64,000 nucleotides of DNA from a virus (IMGVR_UViG_2850738089_000001:5265-69264); one strand, 5' to 3'; counted from the first letter of the stretch, positions 1-10,074 are shown. Notes: generated from the letters alone by a model not told the origin. Translations and numbers: made by a program.

Positions 1-2
1 GA

Positions 3-407
3 GGTAAAATCGATAAGCTTGTCAGCTGGGCTGGTGATGTTAAGGACCATATGCACGAGCAGGCTGAGAAGAACGGCGTTCGATATCCCGGATGGAAGTT
101 AGTCGAGGGGAGAAGTAACCGCATCTACTCGGATAAAGAAGCTGTCAAATTCACACTTGAGCAAGCCATTAAGCAAAAGCACTTCGGGCAGCATTTTAAG
201 CCTGAATCGATATTTAAACCGCAGGAGCTTGTTGGCATCGGGGAGATGGAAAAGGTAGTCGGTAAGAAGATGTTCGGGGAGATGCTGTCCGACTTGATCA
301 TTAAGCCGGCAGGCAAGCCAACTCTCGTCGAAGAATCGGACAAGCGGCCTGAGCTATCATCTCTTGCTTCTATTGAATCTGATTTTGCTGAAATGGGAGC
401 TGATTAA
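3..407 (+). CDS. DUF2800-like PD-(D/E)XK nuclease, C-terminal part (5' truncated by window)
   Basis: Frame open from position 3; GWKLVEGRSNR and KPAGKPTLV..SDKRP motifs; sits upstream of DUF2815. Confidence 0.8.
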   Translation, partial: GKIDKLVSWAGDVKDHMHEQAEKNGVRYPGWKLVEGRSNRIYSDKEAVKFTLEQAIKQKHFGQHFKPESIFKPQELVGIGEMEKVVGKKMFGEMLSDLIIKPAGKPTLVEESDKRPELSSLASIESDFAEMGAD

Positions 408-665
408 ATGAATCGGCTATATATCATTGTTCAAACGAATAAAAGCGAATTTAACGATCAACAAATGATTACCAGAAACAGTGAACGTGAAGTCATAGGG
501 CACGCAGGATCGCTTGCAATGCGCGGGGGTCTCGAAGACGACATTGAAATTGACCGCATATTCTCTGTTAATGAATATGGCTCTGTTGATCACCATGAAA
601 TTGAATTTGAAAAAGGTAAGCTGATACTTAAAACGCTTCCTACGCAAACCTTAAAAACCAACTAA
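408..665 (+). CDS. Hypothetical phage protein
   Basis: 85 aa ORF abutting the upstream stop, GGAG RBS. Confidence 0.6.
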   Translation: MNRLYIIVQTNKSEFNDQQMITRNSEREVIGHAGSLAMRGGLEDDIEIDRIFSVNEYGSVDHHEIEFEKGKLILKTLPTQTLKTN

Positions 666-681
666 AAAGGAGCCAAACAAA

Positions 682-1272
682 ATGGCAATTACAAATACAA
701 ATACAAAAGTTGTAACAGGCAAGGTACGTCTCTCTTATACTCATGTCTTCACACCGCAATCCATCGATGGCGGCGATGAGAAATACAGCACAGCAATCTT
801 GATCCCGAAAACGGATAAGGAAACGCTTCGTAAAATCAAAGCGGCTGTTGATACGGCTAAGGAGCAAGGTAAAAGCAAATGGGGCGGTAAGGTTCCAGCT
901 AATATTAAAACGCCTTTGCGTGATGGTGACGAAGAGCGTCCAGACGATGAGACGTATGCGGGTCATTACTTCTTGAATGCTTCCAGCAAAAACAAGCCAG
1001 GTATTGCGAAGCCGATCGGTAAAGATGCTGCAGGCAAGACCAAGTTCGCTGAGATCACGGACACAACCGAGGTGTACAGCGGCTGCTATGCAAAGGTAAG
1101 TCTTAACTTCTATCCGTTTGATATGAAAGGGAATCGCGGAGTCGCTGCTGGTCTTAACAACATCGTTAAAGTGCAGGATGGTGATTTCCTTGGTGGACGC
1201 AGTAGCGTGAATGATGACTTCTCGAATGAGGAATTTGAGGACGATGGTGATGACGAGAGCTATTTGGATTAA
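682..1272 (+). CDS. DUF2815 single-stranded DNA-binding protein
   Basis: VRLSY, PLRDGD, EVYSGCY, GNRGVAAGLNN motifs; acidic C-terminal tail. Confidence 0.88.
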   Translation: MAITNTNTKVVTGKVRLSYTHVFTPQSIDGGDEKYSTAILIPKTDKETLRKIKAAVDTAKEQGKSKWGGKVPANIKTPLRDGDEERPDDETYAGHYFLNASSKNKPGIAKPIGKDAAGKTKFAEITDTTEVYSGCYAKVSLNFYPFDMKGNRGVAAGLNNIVKVQDGDFLGGRSSVNDDFSNEEFEDDGDDESYLD

Positions 1273-1280
1273 TTATTTTA

Positions 1281-1308
1281 GGGGATTCGGCAACGGGTCC
1301 CTTTCTTT
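1281..1308 (+). terminator. Rho-independent terminator-like hairpin
   Basis: GGGATTCG-gcaa-CGGGTCCC followed by TTTCTTT. Confidence 0.55.
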
Positions 1309-1334
1309 ATCTCAAAATTCGGGAGGAAACATAG

Positions 1335-1895
1335 ATGGATTACAAATTTGCTGTGGTTAAGATCACAGATATCGACAACCTACATGGCAAAGAAAAGAAG
1401 ATGATGTATCAGATCCTTAATGCCATCAACGACAAACGGGAGACAGAAGGCAAAAGTATTAACTCCTACCTAGTGATTAATACTGACGAACCATACGCTC
1501 CTGAAGTTATCGAGATCCTCAAACGAAACGGTCATTGGGGTCCTAGTAATGCGGACGCTACAAAGCCTGTAACAATTAACGGCTTGGTCAAGGCGGCCCA
1601 TCAAAACGCCATCGATAAAGGATGGTATGAAGAGCCGCGCAGCTTCGGTGAATGTATTGCACTAATGCACAGTGAGCTTTCGGAAGCGCTGGAAGATCAC
1701 CGTAATGGTCACGGCTTTACGGAAGTGTACTTCGAAGGCGACAAGCCATGTGGCATCCCTACGGAGCTAGCGGATACGGTCATTCGGATATTCGATACTT
1801 GTGGTCATCTCGGTATCGATCTGGAAGCCGCAATAGCTCAGAAGATGACCTATAACGCTACAAGGCCACATCGACATGGCGGTAAGAAGCTATGA
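1335..1895 (+). CDS. MazG-like nucleotide pyrophosphohydrolase with extra N-terminal domain
   Basis: ALMHSELSEALE...ELADTVIRIFD...YNATRPHRHGGK. Confidence 0.8.
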   Translation: MDYKFAVVKITDIDNLHGKEKKMMYQILNAINDKRETEGKSINSYLVINTDEPYAPEVIEILKRNGHWGPSNADATKPVTINGLVKAAHQNAIDKGWYEEPRSFGECIALMHSELSEALEDHRNGHGFTEVYFEGDKPCGIPTELADTVIRIFDTCGHLGIDLEAAIAQKMTYNATRPHRHGGKKL

Positions 1896-2521
1896 GTAAA
1901 ACGCTCTCGAAAGCGGAAATTGTCAGTAAATTTGCCAAACAATTCGCTTCATCTGGAAACACCGGTAGGCCTGTGCTTGAGGGTATTCATTATGGTACTG
2001 ATGGTACCGCCTTTGTTACAAATGCTCATTTTGGACTTCGTGTCTCTAACGTCCATAGCTTTCAGCAGTCAGTTACATTGCATGCAAAATCTGGGCAGCC
2101 AATCGAAGGCATATATCCAGATTTTAGCAAGGTTTTTCCTACAGACTTTCATGAGGAAATTGAAATCCTTCAGGCTGGCGTTCCAGATGCTTTGCTCGCG
2201 GCACAGTGCATTGCCTTGGTAGCGTCCAAACTCAGTAAGAAAGCCCCAATCGCGGGAATGGAGATTATAGATGGGGAAATTAACCTCACAATTGAAAACA
2301 AGCCAAATGGGATGGAAATGACTGCAAAGCTCGGTGAAGCTCCGGTCAGAAGTAGGTCGCTTCGCATGTTCAATGCTGAATACTTCCTAACTGCTCTGTC
2401 CGTATTCGATGCGGCAAATTCATCCGTAACAATTAAATTACGTGGTCCTTTGGATCCAATCGTGCTTTCAAATAACAACGGCATTGATATTTTGATTTTG
2501 CCATTTCGAGTGGCTGCATGA
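1892..2521 (+). CDS. DNA polymerase III beta-clamp-like protein (short, about two domains)
   Basis: RPVLEGI, GIYPDF, FNAEYFLTAL and C-terminal LILPFR resemble DnaN motifs. Confidence 0.65.
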   Translation: MSKTLSKAEIVSKFAKQFASSGNTGRPVLEGIHYGTDGTAFVTNAHFGLRVSNVHSFQQSVTLHAKSGQPIEGIYPDFSKVFPTDFHEEIEILQAGVPDALLAAQCIALVASKLSKKAPIAGMEIIDGEINLTIENKPNGMEMTAKLGEAPVRSRSLRMFNAEYFLTALSVFDAANSSVTIKLRGPLDPIVLSNNNGIDILILPFRVAA

Positions 2522-4458
2522 CCGTTCTCCGGATAGATATTGAAACGTATTCATCTGTCGATCTTATCAAATGCGGTGTTTACAAATACGTCAATTCACC
2601 TGACTTCGAAATCTTGCTATTCGGATATGCCTTTGATGATGAACCGGTTCAAATCATTGATCTGCTAGATTTTGAGGATATTCCTCAGCTTGTCCTAACG
2701 GCTCTTACTGCCCCTGAGATCATCAAGCAGGCGTTTAACGCAGCGTTCGAGCGGACTTGTATAGCCAAGCACTTCGGCATACCGATGCCAGCTGAACAGT
2801 GGCGTTGTACAGCAGTTCATGCACTCTATCTTGGTCTTCCTAACTATCTAGAGGGCGTCGGCAATGTGCTGGACGTTGAAGTCAAGAAGGATACAGCTGG
2901 TAAAGCTCTTATCAAATATTTTTCCGTACCGTGTAAGCCGACCAAGGTCAACGGAGGCCGGTCCCGTAATTATCCGCATCATGCACAGGAGAAATGGGAG
3001 GCTTACAAGGCTTATTGTGGTCAAGACGTTGAATCAGAAAGAGAGATTAGCCGGGTGCTGGACAAGCATCCGGTTCCTGACTCCGAGTGGCAGCTGTGGG
3101 TACTAGATCAACAGATTAACGACCGTGGCGTTCAGCTCGATCCGCAGCTGGTAGAGAACGCAATCGCTTGCGATGAACAGTATAAGAAAAAGCTAATGGC
3201 TGAAGCTGTTGAACTGACCGGGCTATCTAACCCAAATAGTGGAGCTCAAATGAAAGCTTGGTTGCTAGAAGCTGAGGGCATCGAGGTCGAGAGCCTGACT
3301 AAGGATACCGTACCGCTTCTAATGAATGAAGTGGACAGCGATGCGGCTAAACGTGTGCTGGAGCTGAGACAAGAGCTCAGCAAGACGAGTGTTAAAAAGT
3401 ACCAGGCCATGCAGCGGGCTATCTGTAGTGACGGACGAGTGCGGGGGCTGCTTCAGTTCTACGGCGCCGGGCGTACTGGGCGATGGGCAGGGAGACTCGT
3501 TCAGGTGCAGAACTTGCCACGGAATTACCTTTCTGATTTAGGGCTTGCGAGAGAGCTTCTGCTGGAAGGGAATTATGAATTGCTCGAGATGCTATTCGAA
3601 AGCGTGTCAGATGTTCTCTCCCAGTTGATTCGAACAGCTTTCGTAGCATCCGTTTCTAATAGGTTTCGAGTGGCTGACTTCTCGGCTATCGAGGCGCGTG
3701 TTATTGCATGGCTGGCTGATGAAGTATGGAGGCTAGACGTTTTCAATGGACACGGGAAGATATATGAAGCCTCGGCAGCACAAATGTTCAAGATTCCGAT
3801 CGATGAGGTTTCCAAGGATGATCGGCAGCGAGGGAAGGTTGCAGAACTGGCACTCGGTTACGGTGGAGGCCCGAATGCGCTGATCGCAATGGGTGCGCTT
3901 GATAAAGGGATGCAAGAAGAGGAACTGCAGCCGCTTGTTGATGCGTGGAGAGCAGCAAGCCCGAATATCAAGAAGTTCTGGAAGGATGCAGAGCGCACGG
4001 CCATTCAAGCCGTAGAGGTGCCCGGCAAAGAGTGGAAGCTGCATCACGGTATCTCGTTCCAAATGACAGGCGGGACATTGTTCTGTAGGTTGCCCTCTGG
4101 TAGGAAGCTTGCTTACTATAAGCCGCGGCTGGAGCAAGGGACTTATGGCAAGCAGCTTAGCTACGAAGGCGTTAATGATAAGAAGCAATGGGCACGGTTA
4201 CGGACTTACGGCGGAAAGCTGGTGGAGAATATTGTCCAAGCTGTCGCGCGGGATTGTCTGGCTGAGTCTATGATTCGTCTTGATGCAAATAATTACCGAA
4301 TCGTTATGCATGTACATGATGAGGTCATTATCGACGAGCCAAGTGAGTTCGATTCCCTTGAAGAGATATGCGAGATTATGGGGCAGCCGATCGGATGGGC
4401 TCCAGGACTACTGCTTCGAGCTGACGGATTCGAGACTTATTTCTATAAAAAAGATTGA
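2518..4458 (+). CDS. Phage DNA polymerase, family A
   Basis: N-terminal DIET exonuclease motif; TGRWAG, ADFSAIEARV, RQRGKVAELALGY, HVHDEV. Confidence 0.95.
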   Translation: MTVLRIDIETYSSVDLIKCGVYKYVNSPDFEILLFGYAFDDEPVQIIDLLDFEDIPQLVLTALTAPEIIKQAFNAAFERTCIAKHFGIPMPAEQWRCTAVHALYLGLPNYLEGVGNVLDVEVKKDTAGKALIKYFSVPCKPTKVNGGRSRNYPHHAQEKWEAYKAYCGQDVESEREISRVLDKHPVPDSEWQLWVLDQQINDRGVQLDPQLVENAIACDEQYKKKLMAEAVELTGLSNPNSGAQMKAWLLEAEGIEVESLTKDTVPLLMNEVDSDAAKRVLELRQELSKTSVKKYQAMQRAICSDGRVRGLLQFYGAGRTGRWAGRLVQVQNLPRNYLSDLGLARELLLEGNYELLEMLFESVSDVLSQLIRTAFVASVSNRFRVADFSAIEARVIAWLADEVWRLDVFNGHGKIYEASAAQMFKIPIDEVSKDDRQRGKVAELALGYGGGPNALIAMGALDKGMQEEELQPLVDAWRAASPNIKKFWKDAERTAIQAVEVPGKEWKLHHGISFQMTGGTLFCRLPSGRKLAYYKPRLEQGTYGKQLSYEGVNDKKQWARLRTYGGKLVENIVQAVARDCLAESMIRLDANNYRIVMHVHDEVIIDEPSEFDSLEEICEIMGQPIGWAPGLLLRADGFETYFYKKD

Positions 4459-4460
4459 TA

Positions 4461-5333
4461 TTAACTTGCTACTCCAATTTCCTGTAAGACCTTATGCATG
4501 AATTCAATTAAGACGGCATCATCAACAAAATGATTATTTCCAAATTCCCTTTTGACGTATTCTTTTATGTGTCTTAGCAATGCGGACAGATCACCTGAAT
4601 CAACATAGAGCTTTAAATCATTTAGTGAGAGTTTTTGTTTATTTGAGTATTCCACCACGCCAAGTTTAACATGAAACTGGATGTCAGCAAGACTCACTTG
4701 GGATTTATTAGAATTTTGTTCTCTATTAGATGGTCTAGTTTGATATCTCTTTAATACGGAAATTTCTGATTGAATTTCACCTAGCATAGAAATAATTAAA
4801 TTATCTGGAGTGACGGTAGTTTCTTCAAGAGCTGCAACCTTAAATTGTCCGAAATTTTTTAGAAATGTCGAGTGTTCAGGGTCATTAATGGAGTTTTCAT
4901 AGGTGGCGACTATCTTTCTTGCAAGATTCTCTTTAAATTCAACAATCTTACTGAATCGTAAATCTCTTGGATATATAAGATGTTCAATAACTTGGGTATC
5001 AAAGGAAAAGCCTGTCTCCACATCTTTAATAATGATTGTAGGTTTATCAAAAGCTAGCCTCATTCCAAGCTCAAACATTACATTGGCGTTTTTACAGCTT
5101 ACATCACAAACCACCACGTCAGCATTGTAGATATTTTGAACAATACGTTTCTGTATAACACCTACATCTTCTGATTCACTTACGATTTTAGAAGTGCATT
5201 TGTACTTGGTAATGCTTGCGACTGCCTCAGTTATGATGTTACGCACATCTGTCCAGTGTTCAGCAGAACAGCCATCGATAGCAGCAATAGGCATAATGAA
5301 TCCTATTTCAAGAGTTTGTTTTATATCCGTCAT
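4461..5333 (-). CDS. Nucleoside 2-deoxyribosyltransferase-like (NDT fold) moron protein
   Basis: FIMP...ADVVVCDVSCKNANVMFELGMRLAFDKP motif; AT-rich and antisense to flanking genes. Confidence 0.7.
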   Translation of the reverse strand: MTDIKQTLEIGFIMPIAAIDGCSAEHWTDVRNIITEAVASITKYKCTSKIVSESEDVGVIQKRIVQNIYNADVVVCDVSCKNANVMFELGMRLAFDKPTIIIKDVETGFSFDTQVIEHLIYPRDLRFSKIVEFKENLARKIVATYENSINDPEHSTFLKNFGQFKVAALEETTVTPDNLIISMLGEIQSEISVLKRYQTRPSNREQNSNKSQVSLADIQFHVKLGVVEYSNKQKLSLNDLKLYVDSGDLSALLRHIKEYVKREFGNNHFVDDAVLIEFMHKVLQEIGVAS

Positions 5334-5397
5334 AAGAGCCTCCTATTTTCATGAACAATAGGAACATTGTACCAAAATAATAGATTAGTAGAAAGGA

Positions 5398-5649
5398 ATG
5401 ATTCCTTTGACTAAAGACAACGTTAACCATCCAGTTCATTACATGGCTGGCGGTATTGAGTGCATCGATGCCATTGAGGCAGCGACTACCGGATTGGTAG
5501 GAGGCCAAGCGTATAACACAGGTGCGGCGATTAAATACTTGTGGCGTTGGAGTCGGAAAAATGGCATCGAGGATTTGCAAAAGGCACGGTGGTATATCGA
5601 TCGGTTGATTACCGATCTCGCAGGTGAAAGCAATGATAAATCCGTATGA
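5398..5649 (+). CDS. DUF3310 family phage protein
   Basis: VNHPVHY..GGIECIDAI, AIKYLWRW..KNGIEDLQKARWY. Confidence 0.85.
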   Translation: MIPLTKDNVNHPVHYMAGGIECIDAIEAATTGLVGGQAYNTGAAIKYLWRWSRKNGIEDLQKARWYIDRLITDLAGESNDKSV

Positions 5650-6127
5650 CTTCTATATCACTCCGGATGAGTACACCCGGGCAGCGAAGAACGGGGTTAG
5701 CGCTGTAAGGGTAGCCCAGCGGGTAAGGGCGTTGGGCTGGTCGAAGGAGAAGGCGATCACTACCCCTAGCCGAGTTAAGAAGGATCGGAGTCATTGGCGC
5801 AAGGTAGCGGAAGCCAATGGTATTGGGGGACCAACATTCTACGATCGACTACGGCGTGGCTGGACCGAAGAAAGGGCGGCTAAAGAGCCGCTCTGCTCAC
5901 CAGAACGGCAGGTCGAGTTTGCCGCGCAAGCGAGAAAAACCGTACAGGTATATTCCGACGAGATTATCAACCTACGTAAGGCTAACGGAATCAACCGGCA
6001 GACATTCCACTACCGTACCCGCGTTATGAAGTGGTCACCGGAGCGAGCTGCTTCGGAGCCCGTCATGAGTCGGCAGCAGGTTGGACGGTTAGGTGCTCAG
6101 CGGTTACGGTCGCAACGAGTTGAATGA
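5624..6127 (+). CDS. Phage protein with three repeated putative DNA-binding units
   Basis: Three repeats of (A)NG...R...W...A...P. Confidence 0.7.
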   Translation: MKAMINPYDFYITPDEYTRAAKNGVSAVRVAQRVRALGWSKEKAITTPSRVKKDRSHWRKVAEANGIGGPTFYDRLRRGWTEERAAKEPLCSPERQVEFAAQARKTVQVYSDEIINLRKANGINRQTFHYRTRVMKWSPERAASEPVMSRQQVGRLGAQRLRSQRVE

Positions 6128-6155
6128 CATGTATCTGGATGAATAGGGTGAGAAC

Positions 6156-6371
6156 ATGGGGATAAGGCCCAAAGTAGGCTCATGGGTAGAACTAAAAGCT
6201 TGGCAATGTAACATTGGCGAACAAGCGCCGCCGACTCCTTGGAAAGCGGAAGTTTTAGAAATAGAACCACCATTTTCTCATTTTCCTGCCTTATATGTCA
6301 TCGCAAGGAAACATGATGGTAGAATTCTCAAAGCGTTTAGCAGTGAATTCAAAGGTTATGCATCTGAATGA
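6156..6371 (+). CDS. Hypothetical protein
   Basis: 71 aa ORF with GGTG RBS, co-oriented with operon. Confidence 0.5.
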   Translation: MGIRPKVGSWVELKAWQCNIGEQAPPTPWKAEVLEIEPPFSHFPALYVIARKHDGRILKAFSSEFKGYASE

Positions 6372-6392
6372 ATACAGTAATACGTGACAATC

Positions 6393-6418
6393 AAAAAAAG
6401 ACACCTTTGAAAGGTGTC
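6393..6418 (-). terminator. Terminator for the TIR moron (minus strand)
   Basis: Perfect GACACCTT/AAGGTGTC stem preceded by A7 on + strand. Confidence 0.7.
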
Positions 6419-6462
6419 ATGAGAATTTACTTTTAAGGGTACGGAGGGGTGGAGGTAGACAG

Positions 6463-7302
6463 CTATTTAATGATTCCTTCACGTTTTAGAACGCGCTGGA
6501 TTTCATAGAAAGCCTGTTCAATGTTCTCTCCAGAAAATCCAATATATTGCAGACCATCAACATTAGAGAAATCATCAAGTCCATCTTGGCGTAATATCAC
6601 AACCTTATTAAATCCCAGTTTACCTTGAAATAATCCTGCTTCATGAACAACGTTTTGCCGTGCTCTAATTTTACCTTCTGCTGTCTCGTCCTCAGCAGTA
6701 AGTATCAAAATAGCAAATGTAGCTCGTTCTAAAAAGTTTTGAAGAACAGGAATAATAGATTCCCCAACATGAGTTTCAGACTCAAAGGAAAATGAATTGA
6801 TTCCATAATCATCGTGTAGGAAGGTCTTTACTCGTGCCCATAACTTGCTTCTACCATGCCCAATAAATACAGACTGAGGCTTGGGGATTGTAGATATTGA
6901 AACTTGATGAGGGGGTGTAGGGGTGGAAGCGATAGGGAATAGCTCTAACCTGCCTAGAATTGACTCTAAAGTAGAAATTTTTGAATGTAGGTAATCTAGG
7001 AAAATCCTATATTCGTCATGCCAGCTTTGAGAAATAAAAGATATAGATGATGAGGCATCGTATTCATCGGAGATTTCATTAGTAGTAAACAGACTTTTTA
7101 GCAACAAGGTATTATAATCGTTCCATTTCTTAAAAGACGCTTCAGCATGTTTCAATTCATTTTCAGAAAGAACTTCAAATCGAATGAGTATATATCCCTC
7201 ATTTATTCGAGGTTTGATTTTGGAAGCGACCTCTTCCATAGGTGCTTTTAATTCGAGAATATTCTCATCAGAATTATTATTTCTTGCTGGTTTACTTGCC
7301 AC
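6463..7302 (-). CDS. TIR-like nucleotide-binding domain protein (Cap12/PycTIR-type TIR at C-terminus)
   Basis: VFIGHG, FAILILTAED, RARQNVVHEAGLFQGKLG motifs. Confidence 0.85.
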   Translation of the reverse strand: MASKPARNNNSDENILELKAPMEEVASKIKPRINEGYILIRFEVLSENELKHAEASFKKWNDYNTLLLKSLFTTNEISDEYDASSSISFISQSWHDEYRIFLDYLHSKISTLESILGRLELFPIASTPTPPHQVSISTIPKPQSVFIGHGRSKLWARVKTFLHDDYGINSFSFESETHVGESIIPVLQNFLERATFAILILTAEDETAEGKIRARQNVVHEAGLFQGKLGFNKVVILRQDGLDDFSNVDGLQYIGFSGENIEQAFYEIQRVLKREGIIK

Positions 7303-7449
7303 GAGATAACCCCTATTCTCACATGTATTTTTCCAACTCGATCTATAACAAATTTCTACAGAGAGTATTTTTTTTTATCTCTCTGTAATTGCTAGATTCT
7401 ATTATATTTTACAAGGTAAAGTTTTACAAATAGGAGGACGTGAGATTAC

Positions 7450-9819
7450 ATGCATGATGTCGAACTAGCTATCGCGTTCGGTCGGAACCGAAGCGACACG
7501 AATTGGAAAAATGAATACCTCAGCTGGGGCGAGTTTGTGCAGCGTATCAGCAGCGTTCGCCGTACGACCGAAACGATGGCCGAGTACGACATGCTGACTG
7601 TCCCAGCTAAAGGAAAGGTGAAGGATGGGGCTGCTTTCGTTGGTGGCCTTGTCCAAGGGGGGCGTAGGAAGAAAGAGAACGTTGATGCCCGCTGCCTGAT
7701 TACGCTTGACGTGGACCATGCGGACGATGACTTCATGTTTAGCCTTGATCTTATTCTTGGCGGTAACGCGCATATTATTTACTCGACGCACAGCCATCGG
7801 CCGGACAAGCCGAAATATCGTATCGTCATTCCGACAAGCCGAGAGATGAGTCCGGATGAATATGCGGCGAGCTCACGGAAGCTGGCTGCTAACATCGGCA
7901 TGCGGCATTTCGATAAGACGACATTCGACGTACATCGGCTGATGTACCTGCCAAGCTGTTCGAGTGATGCCAGTCCAGTATTTACCGAGATCGAGGGCGA
8001 ACTGGTTGACATAGACGAGCTGCTGGAAGAGTACGAGGATTGGACGGACCCGACGCAATGGGATCGGCATCCGGATGAAGAAGCGCAGCGCCGAACAGCT
8101 TCTAAGATGGAAGATCCACGCGAGAAGAGCGGCGTAATCGGCGCCTTCTGCCGACACTACTCTATCAGCGGAGCAATAGAGACGTTCTTGTCAGAGGCTT
8201 ATGAGCCGACAGCCGTAGAGGATCGATACACCTTTACTGGATCCGCCTCACACGGTGGCCTTGTCATCTACGATCAAGATACCTTTGCTTTCTCTCATCA
8301 TGAGTCGGACCCGATCAGCGGGCGAGAGGTTAACGCGTTCGATCTTGTCAGGCTTCATAAGTTTAAGGACCTTGATGACAATACCAGTGACAAGACAAAC
8401 GTGACTAAGCTGCCTTCGTTCCAAGCTATGATGGAGTTCGCTATGGGCGATGAATCGGTTATGCGTGAGGTTATAGCTGATGAGTTCGGTGATATGGATG
8501 ATCTCGATGAAGGAGCGATCGACTGGATGGCGAAGCTTGAACGTAATAAGAAAAACCCGAAAATCATATTATCTAATGCACGTAATGTTGAACTTATACT
8601 AACTAATGGGGCTTTAAAGGACGTGCTTGCCTACGATGCTTTCAAGAATGCGGAGGTTGTGAAGAATGCCCTGCCTTGGCGCAAGCGTGAGCGGCCCAAT
8701 TCCGATTATGAACCATGGCTTGGGGCCGATGATCGTAGACTGCAGCACTATATTAGTAAGAAGTACAATATCAAGTCAGCAGATACGGTTAAAAATGCAC
8801 TAACGGAAGTCGTACACGGCAACACCTTCCATCCGGTAAAGAGCTATCTTGAAGAACAGCGATGGGATGGAGTGCCGCGACTGGAGCGAATGTTCATCGA
8901 ATATCTTGGGGCCGAGGATACGGCCTATGTAAGAGCAGTGACGCGAAAGATGTTCGTTGCCGCTATCAAGCGAATCTATGAACCTGGTTGCAAATTCGAC
9001 TATATGCTGGTCCTTGTGGGGCCGCAGGGCGTAGGTAAGAGCAGTTTGCTCGCGAAAATGGGGAAGCAGTGGTTCTCTGATTCACTGAAGACCTTTGATA
9101 GCAAAGAGGCGGGGGAACACCTACAAGGCGCATGGGTTATTGAGATCGGTGAGCTGGCGGCTATGAAGAAGGCTGAGGTCGATGAGATCAAGCAGTTCCT
9201 CTCTAAAGAAAGCGATCGATATCGGGTAGCTTACGACCGTATGGTCACGGACTTCCCGCGTAAATGCGTATTCTTCGGAACGACTAATAATAGTAACTTC
9301 CTCCAGGATGCAACGGGTAATCGTCGCTTCTGGCCTGTGACTGTTGATCCTGACAAACGAACCAAGAACCATTTTACGGAGCTTACGGATACTGTTGTTG
9401 GGCAACTATGGGCAGAAGCGCTTTGCTTGTATAAGGACAAGGAGTCGCTTGAGCTTGATAGTGCAATGTATGCGGAGGCACAAGCAATGCAAGAGCGGCA
9501 CATGGACACAGATCCACGGGAAGGACTTATTCAGGAGTATCTCGATACCCTACTGCCGGAAAATTGGGATGAGTTAGATGAGTATGATCGACGGGAATAT
9601 CTGCGGACACCCACGGGCAGTGTGCAACGAACAAAGGTTTGCCCTGCCGAGGTTTGGGTGGAGTGCCTTGAATCCCCACTCAAGCTGTTTAAATCATGGG
9701 AGTCCAAAGCGATATGCGACATCATTAGAAGGATGCCGGAATGGCGTGAGAGGATGCCAGAAAAAACAAGGTTTAAACTATACGGACGGCAAAAAACATT
9801 TGAAAGAAGTGTCACCTAA
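7450..9819 (+). CDS. Primase-helicase, virulence-associated protein E (VapE) family
   Basis: N-terminal LDVD and STHSH primase motifs; Walker A GPQGVGKS, Walker B VIEIGEL, DATGNRRFWP. Confidence 0.92.
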   Translation: MHDVELAIAFGRNRSDTNWKNEYLSWGEFVQRISSVRRTTETMAEYDMLTVPAKGKVKDGAAFVGGLVQGGRRKKENVDARCLITLDVDHADDDFMFSLDLILGGNAHIIYSTHSHRPDKPKYRIVIPTSREMSPDEYAASSRKLAANIGMRHFDKTTFDVHRLMYLPSCSSDASPVFTEIEGELVDIDELLEEYEDWTDPTQWDRHPDEEAQRRTASKMEDPREKSGVIGAFCRHYSISGAIETFLSEAYEPTAVEDRYTFTGSASHGGLVIYDQDTFAFSHHESDPISGREVNAFDLVRLHKFKDLDDNTSDKTNVTKLPSFQAMMEFAMGDESVMREVIADEFGDMDDLDEGAIDWMAKLERNKKNPKIILSNARNVELILTNGALKDVLAYDAFKNAEVVKNALPWRKRERPNSDYEPWLGADDRRLQHYISKKYNIKSADTVKNALTEVVHGNTFHPVKSYLEEQRWDGVPRLERMFIEYLGAEDTAYVRAVTRKMFVAAIKRIYEPGCKFDYMLVLVGPQGVGKSSLLAKMGKQWFSDSLKTFDSKEAGEHLQGAWVIEIGELAAMKKAEVDEIKQFLSKESDRYRVAYDRMVTDFPRKCVFFGTTNNSNFLQDATGNRRFWPVTVDPDKRTKNHFTELTDTVVGQLWAEALCLYKDKESLELDSAMYAEAQAMQERHMDTDPREGLIQEYLDTLLPENWDELDEYDRREYLRTPTGSVQRTKVCPAEVWVECLESPLKLFKSWESKAICDIIRRMPEWRERMPEKTRFKLYGRQKTFERSVT

Positions 9820-10074
9820 AGAAAAGGGGCTGAGTGACAGAGTGACAGTAAATGTCACCGTGTCACCGAGAATGTCACTGTAAAAAAAGTGTTGCAGTGA
9901 CACCTTTAAGCCAAGTACAGCAAGGGTTTGGAAGCTGCTGTCACTACTGTCACTCTAATTATCTTATATATAGAGTAAATGTAATTAGCATAGTAAGCTG
10001 TGCGCCCGTATGTATGCTAAACGCGTATTTCGCCTAATACGCGTATATGTGCGGACATCGGTGACAAAGTGACA
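9810..10074. repeat. Putative replication origin: about 11 TGTCAC/GTGACA iterons in both orientations around an AT-rich core
   Basis: Copies at about 9810, 9834, 9842, 9853, 9861, 9873, 9897, 9939, 9948, 10061, 10069, directly after the primase gene. Confidence 0.8.
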
